NCBI GenBank assembly: GCA_027328825.1
Contig: DAHWTK010000002.1
Location: forward strand, 1 to 44,960
Reading direction: 5' to 3'
Length of the DNA stretch: 44,960 nt
Source: Nitrospirota bacterium
GTDB lineage: Bacteria > Nitrospirota > JACRHJ01
In this document: positions 40,877 through 44,960 of the stretch, piece after piece
How positions within the stretch are numbered: the stretch's first letter is position 1
How the letters are laid out: every line of letters starts with the position of its first letter
Position numbers and translations under genes: made by a program
Notes under the pieces: model-generated
Databases searched by the model: none
Told to the model about the DNA's origin: nothing
The model's input: the letters and a program-made list of their open reading frames with translations, nothing else

Positions 40877-43800
40877 TCAATACGTCCGCGACGTGAACTC
40901 CACGCTGTGAATCCGCTTCGATTTGCCGGAGCCGGGATAGTATTTCAGGTTCTCGGTCTCGGCCATGAGCGCGTTGAAATTGAATGCCGGGGCGTCGTGG
41001 GTCAGGGCGAGGTCGTCAAACCGTTCGACCGCGACCACCTGCGAGAAACCCGTCCAGGCAATCCTGAAATGCCGCTTTATGTAAAACCCGATGTAGAAAT
41101 CGCGTAAGTCCTTGGCCATGGCCATCGTCGGGACGAACTCCATCAGCTCCCATTCGGTCTTGCGCTTGATGCCGATCACCGACACGCTCGTCGGGTCTCC
41201 GTTCAAGGGATAAGCGGTTGAGGCGTCGCAGTTGCCCATACAGACCTGTATCCAGCTTTGGCTGCCCGGCTCCTGCTTCCAGTACGGCGAGCCTTTCTTC
41301 CAGTCCGGTTGAAAACTGATTTTCATGTCGTTTATGATTTCGTCCTTCGGCGTAACCGATACGCTTACACTCCTGAACTTCATCATCGCCTTTGTGACGG
41401 AAAGCTGGCTCGCGCCGGCGGTAAGATCCCTGAACTTCGCCTTGAACGTCGCCCCTTCCATCCATATCCTCGTACGGCACTGGAAGGCGAGCCGGGCGAT
41501 CATGGTCTTGAAGCTGACCGGTTTCGATATTACCATCTCGAAGAAGTAGCCGCCGGAAATCGCCGCAAGCTGAGAGGCGCGCACTGCCGCGAAGCTCGTC
41601 AAATCGCAACATCCTTTCGGCGCGCCGAAGTTCTGTATAAAATGCGAGATCACGTCTATCGGGACCTCAATGCGCGCGTTCGGCGTCCCGGTATAAGTGC
41701 CGTTCGCGTCGTCCTCGTAGCCCGCCACGTCGCAGGTTATTTTCGTGCCGATAATCCAGTCCGCCGCCGACCGGCCCTCAAGCCCCACGCCCGTCGCGGG
41801 CGAGGCGGCATTATACGGGACGTAGAAGACCTCGACCCAGTGTTCATAACAATACGCCGCCGCGCTACCGGAAGAAAAGGTAAAACGAATCGACATGTTA
41901 TTAAAAGCCGCCCAATTCACCGCTCCGTTGCATTGCAGGTCCCTCCAGGCGGTTGCCATCGACGAGCCGCCGCCCTGAGCGTAAAGGCCGTTAAATATGC
42001 CGCCCAGAATGGTGCTGCGGCCTGTCCCGTTATATGTCGCCTGGCCGATGTTGGAGCACAGCCTTGCGCCGACGATGTATCCGTCGTCGGAAACCGGGAA
42101 AGAATTTGTCGTATCGACGTAACCGTCTGTGGCGATTATCCCGCACCCGGCGTTATTAGTCTTGTCGCATAAAGCTGTGGCGACCCCGGCTGCCGGAGCA
42201 TCAAAATTATCAACGACTGCGTCCTGCCATACCATCTTCGTTTGCACCGGATAAATGCCTCCGGTATAGCTTCCGGTGGCGAGCGCGGTATGGCTGATAC
42301 TGAAGACGTCCAGATAATTGGAGCCGTTGTCGAGGATTAAAAACCAGTTATTATTCGAGTCCAGGAAGGCGTATCCCGCCCATTGGTTGGAATACCAACG
42401 GGGATTAATGGACGATGTCCAGCGCGTTGAACTGCTTGCATATCCCTGACCGGTCCACTGGCTGTTCTTGTGCGAGTGGCTGCCCTGGCTGACGCTCTGG
42501 TCGATGGATTTCGTAATATAAAATTTGGAGCTGAAAGCCAATGTCGCCTTGCCGTTATTGTTAGTGTTGATAGTTACAGCACCGTTCTGGCCGTTGACTA
42601 CCCGGACGCCGTCTACATAGACGTTTCCGATGCTCTTCACGGGATGCCCGGCGACCAGATACTCATAAGACGGGATCACCTGGAAAACCACGTCGCCCAT
42701 CTGGTGGGATAAGGCCTGCGTCCCATTCTGGGCGCGCATGACGCCGGAAAGAACGCCGGAAGCGGATATGGATGTGTAGGTTATCTGTTCGTCGCCCACC
42801 TGGAGCGTGCCGGACGGCAGAAACGGTATCTCGTTGGGGGCGCAGGTTAATATCCACGCATATAACTGCTTGGCGTCAACGGCTGCGACCAGCGTCGAGA
42901 GCGCCCCGGCCACGACCGCCGGGCATGGGACGTTTTTCACGTTGCCGTAGATGATGTTCTCGCCCCTGTTGTAGGCTTCCGGGTCGGCATACGGCCAGTT
43001 GGTCGGGCTGATTTTGTTGCAGACGCCGTCGGAATTGGCGTCGTATTTCTCGATAAGGGAGACAAGATCGAGCTCGATCTTCTCCTCGTCGTAGGACGCG
43101 ATGTCAGAGACGACGAAGCTGTCGTAATAGAGTTTGTCGGAGTCGGTCGTCCCCGCGAACCAGTGATATACGTCCACCTGGACGGTCAGCGGGTCTATTC
43201 CGGCAAAGTAACTCGAAAACGGAGTCCCGGTATTCGCGAGCGTGAGTTTCCAGTCGGCGGTGTCGAACTGGAGGGGGTCCGGGTTCACCTGCTTGTAAAT
43301 CGGTTGCCAGGCCAGAACAAGTGGCTCATAGGCTTGCGCGCCGGTATTCCATGGGCCGTCAGAGACAAAAATCTGGCCAGGACTTCCGCCCTCGAAAAGC
43401 GTGAGGTCGTCCCACCAGGCGGTACCGACACCGTAAATATCGAGACGCAGTTGTAACTGTGTCGTCGTGGGCTGTGTCGTCCACGCATAAATCACATGTT
43501 GCCAGCCAGAATTAACCGAAATTGGAGGGGTTGGAGGGGACGGAATATCTTTTACCACGTTTCCGGAAGCATCCCACTCTATTGCCCGAAGATACGTAGC
43601 GCCCCCGCTTATAGCCTGTGGAACGTAAACCCACCCTGAATAAATATATTCCGTAGAAGGATTGACGGGGACGTTCTTAGCCGACGCCAGATAATTATCT
43701 CCACTGGTAGGTGCCGAGAGTTTAACGGAAGCTTTCCCGTTGTGAAAAGTTGCGATATCGAGGATGGCCGTTAAAGCATTGAATGATGTCCAACCTGCGA

Positions 43801-43918
43801 GACCAAACTCGAATCCACCGTTTGACAGAAGATTATTAAAAGTAAAGCAAATCAATGTCCGCGGATTATTGCCGGCCTTGTTCATTCCCGTCTGAAATGC
43901 GGCGGTGGGCGTTTTCAT
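40877..43918 (-). CDS. Tail-tip / host-specificity protein with an N-terminal CBM-like insert
   Basis: 1013 aa. ..NGGFEFGLAGWTSF..GKASVKLSA.. resembles a carbohydrate-binding module. ..GDEQITYTSIS..LSGVMRAQNGTQALSHQMGD.. resembles the E.I.Y....L.G..RG..GT.A..H motif of phage tail-tip proteins. Confidence 0.55.
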   Translation of the reverse strand: MKTPTAAFQTGMNKAGNNPRTLICFTFNNLLSNGGFEFGLAGWTSFNALTAILDIATFHNGKASVKLSAPTSGDNYLASAKNVPVNPSTEYIYSGWVYVPQAISGGATYLRAIEWDASGNVVKDIPSPPTPPISVNSGWQHVIYAWTTQPTTTQLQLRLDIYGVGTAWWDDLTLFEGGSPGQIFVSDGPWNTGAQAYEPLVLAWQPIYKQVNPDPLQFDTADWKLTLANTGTPFSSYFAGIDPLTVQVDVYHWFAGTTDSDKLYYDSFVVSDIASYDEEKIELDLVSLIEKYDANSDGVCNKISPTNWPYADPEAYNRGENIIYGNVKNVPCPAVVAGALSTLVAAVDAKQLYAWILTCAPNEIPFLPSGTLQVGDEQITYTSISASGVLSGVMRAQNGTQALSHQMGDVVFQVIPSYEYLVAGHPVKSIGNVYVDGVRVVNGQNGAVTINTNNNGKATLAFSSKFYITKSIDQSVSQGSHSHKNSQWTGQGYASSSTRWTSSINPRWYSNQWAGYAFLDSNNNWFLILDNGSNYLDVFSISHTALATGSYTGGIYPVQTKMVWQDAVVDNFDAPAAGVATALCDKTNNAGCGIIATDGYVDTTNSFPVSDDGYIVGARLCSNIGQATYNGTGRSTILGGIFNGLYAQGGGSSMATAWRDLQCNGAVNWAAFNNMSIRFTFSSGSAAAYCYEHWVEVFYVPYNAASPATGVGLEGRSAADWIIGTKITCDVAGYEDDANGTYTGTPNARIEVPIDVISHFIQNFGAPKGCCDLTSFAAVRASQLAAISGGYFFEMVISKPVSFKTMIARLAFQCRTRIWMEGATFKAKFRDLTAGASQLSVTKAMMKFRSVSVSVTPKDEIINDMKISFQPDWKKGSPYWKQEPGSQSWIQVCMGNCDASTAYPLNGDPTSVSVIGIKRKTEWELMEFVPTMAMAKDLRDFYIGFYIKRHFRIAWTGFSQVVAVERFDDLALTHDAPAFNFNALMAETENLKYYPGSGKSKRIHSVEFTSRTY

Positions 43919-44367
43919 TACTGATAGTTCTCCTCAATAAGCTCGAAGGAGATGTTGACGTAAAGATAATCCGGGTCGGCAGGTTTCAGGTCGCCGCTGT
44001 GGAACCTGACGTTATGCGCCGCCCCGGTCTCGTCCGTGAAGGAAAACTGGTTTAACTGCCTGCCGACACCAAGGTAAAAAGTAAAAAGCGTGTTATAATC
44101 GGCAACCGGCAAGTTCTCGAAAACCATCGGGTGAATAAGGGCAAGCGAGTAATTCGCCACCTGGTAGGTACCCGCCTCGGTAAGAGCGGCGACCGAATTG
44201 TCCAGCGTCTTCGGCGTAATCGGACGGCTCCTGCCGCGCGTGGGAACCCATGACGTGAGGCCCGCAAAGGCAAAGGTTATTCCGGACGGCTGGAAAAACG
44301 ACTGAGTCGACGCGCCGACATCACCCTGGATGCCAAAATTGCTTTGCTCGCTATCGAGTGGCGGCAT
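43918..44367 (-). CDS. Minor tail protein (distal-tail-like by position)
   Basis: 149 aa, TAATG-coupled on both sides, directly upstream of the tail-tip gene. Confidence 0.4.
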   Translation of the reverse strand: MPPLDSEQSNFGIQGDVGASTQSFFQPSGITFAFAGLTSWVPTRGRSRPITPKTLDNSVAALTEAGTYQVANYSLALIHPMVFENLPVADYNTLFTFYLGVGRQLNQFSFTDETGAAHNVRFHSGDLKPADPDYLYVNISFELIEENYQ

Positions 44368-44957
44368 TATTTTACTTCCCAGATTCGCTGATTAGAGAGC
44401 TTCCCATTCGCAAAAGTTGCAGAAGTCGAATAGACGGCAAGGACATTGTTGCCGCTATTCGCCCGTGCGTCAGCCGCATTTGTATACAACCTCATCCGCA
44501 TCGATAACAATTGATTCTGAGAATTATATGATGAGGAATCGAATGCAATGTTTTGCCTGCACAGCCCAAGGAGCCGGAGGGCCGTCGGGTTGCTCCAGGT
44601 GGTATCCACATCCCAGAGGCGCACGTTATCCGTGAACGTCCCGACAGCCGTGTTATTGTAAAACACGATGAGCTTGTATTCTCCGGCGGATGCAGGGGTC
44701 GTCGTGGCGTCGTAACCGGCAGAACTCTGGTTTGTAAATGTCCACACGACAGGCGTGGGGACATCGTTTATCCAGGTCTTGGTGCTGAATTTCGTCAGGT
44801 CGCAATTGGTGCGCGAGGAGGCGTCGGAATTTAACACATAGAAAGCCTCGTACATCGGCTTGTTTACAGTGTAGTCTGCCAGAGCGCAGACCGAAAGAGC
44901 GACGGCAATCATTATGGCAGCCATTCCTACGAGTAATCCACTTCTACGTTTTTTCAT
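44367..44957 (-). CDS. Exported beta-rich protein in the tail module
   Basis: MKKRRSGLLVGMAAIMIAVALSVCALA signal-like N-terminus. ATG at 44957. Confidence 0.55.
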   Translation of the reverse strand: MKKRRSGLLVGMAAIMIAVALSVCALADYTVNKPMYEAFYVLNSDASSRTNCDLTKFSTKTWINDVPTPVVWTFTNQSSAGYDATTTPASAGEYKLIVFYNNTAVGTFTDNVRLWDVDTTWSNPTALRLLGLCRQNIAFDSSSYNSQNQLLSMRMRLYTNAADARANSGNNVLAVYSTSATFANGKLSNQRIWEVK

Positions 44958-44960
44958 CGT

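Noticed and set aside
44958-44960. Circular closure of the window, joining nt 44960 to nt 1.
   Set aside because: The frames happen to match, but the join would fuse the fibre-like ORF to the start of CDS 44367..44957. That would place a complete MKKRR-type signal peptide in the middle of a protein. The window is more likely a slice of a longer sequence.

Overview
The window is a GC-rich (about 60% by eye), temperate, siphovirus-like phage or prophage, transcribed almost entirely on the minus strand. Modules from right to left:
- Tail-tip genes (40.9-45.0 kb).
- An att core made of the last 45 nt of an initiator-type tRNA-Met, abutting a tyrosine integrase.
- A plus-strand immunity operon (38.3-40.8 kb): XRE repressor, two exported proteins, int.
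- A divergent early/replication operon (22.5-37.9 kb): CII-like protein, small tyrosine recombinase, low-GC moron, DnaG-type primase, DUF4031, P-loop helicase-like protein, iteron array, XerC-like recombinase, ASCH, Mor-like activator, methyltransferase-like protein, ParB-like protein, DUF488.
- A terminator-bracketed regulatory cassette plus a tRNA-like element (21.4-22.5 kb).
- The late operon (12.9-21.4 kb): TerS, TerL, portal/MuF, protease/scaffold, DUF2190, capsid.
- An unusual 5-kb island (7.9-12.8 kb) holding the lysis genes, several Sec-signal proteins and a tri-haem cytochrome c.
- Neck genes, major tail, G/GT chaperones with a canonical -1 slippery site, tape measure and an exported tail-fibre-like protein (1-7.9 kb).
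Three families of short palindromic repeats are scattered through the genome, and many copies sit in frame inside essential genes. All functional calls rest on motif recognition, synteny and RBS/start inspection. No database search or computation was possible.
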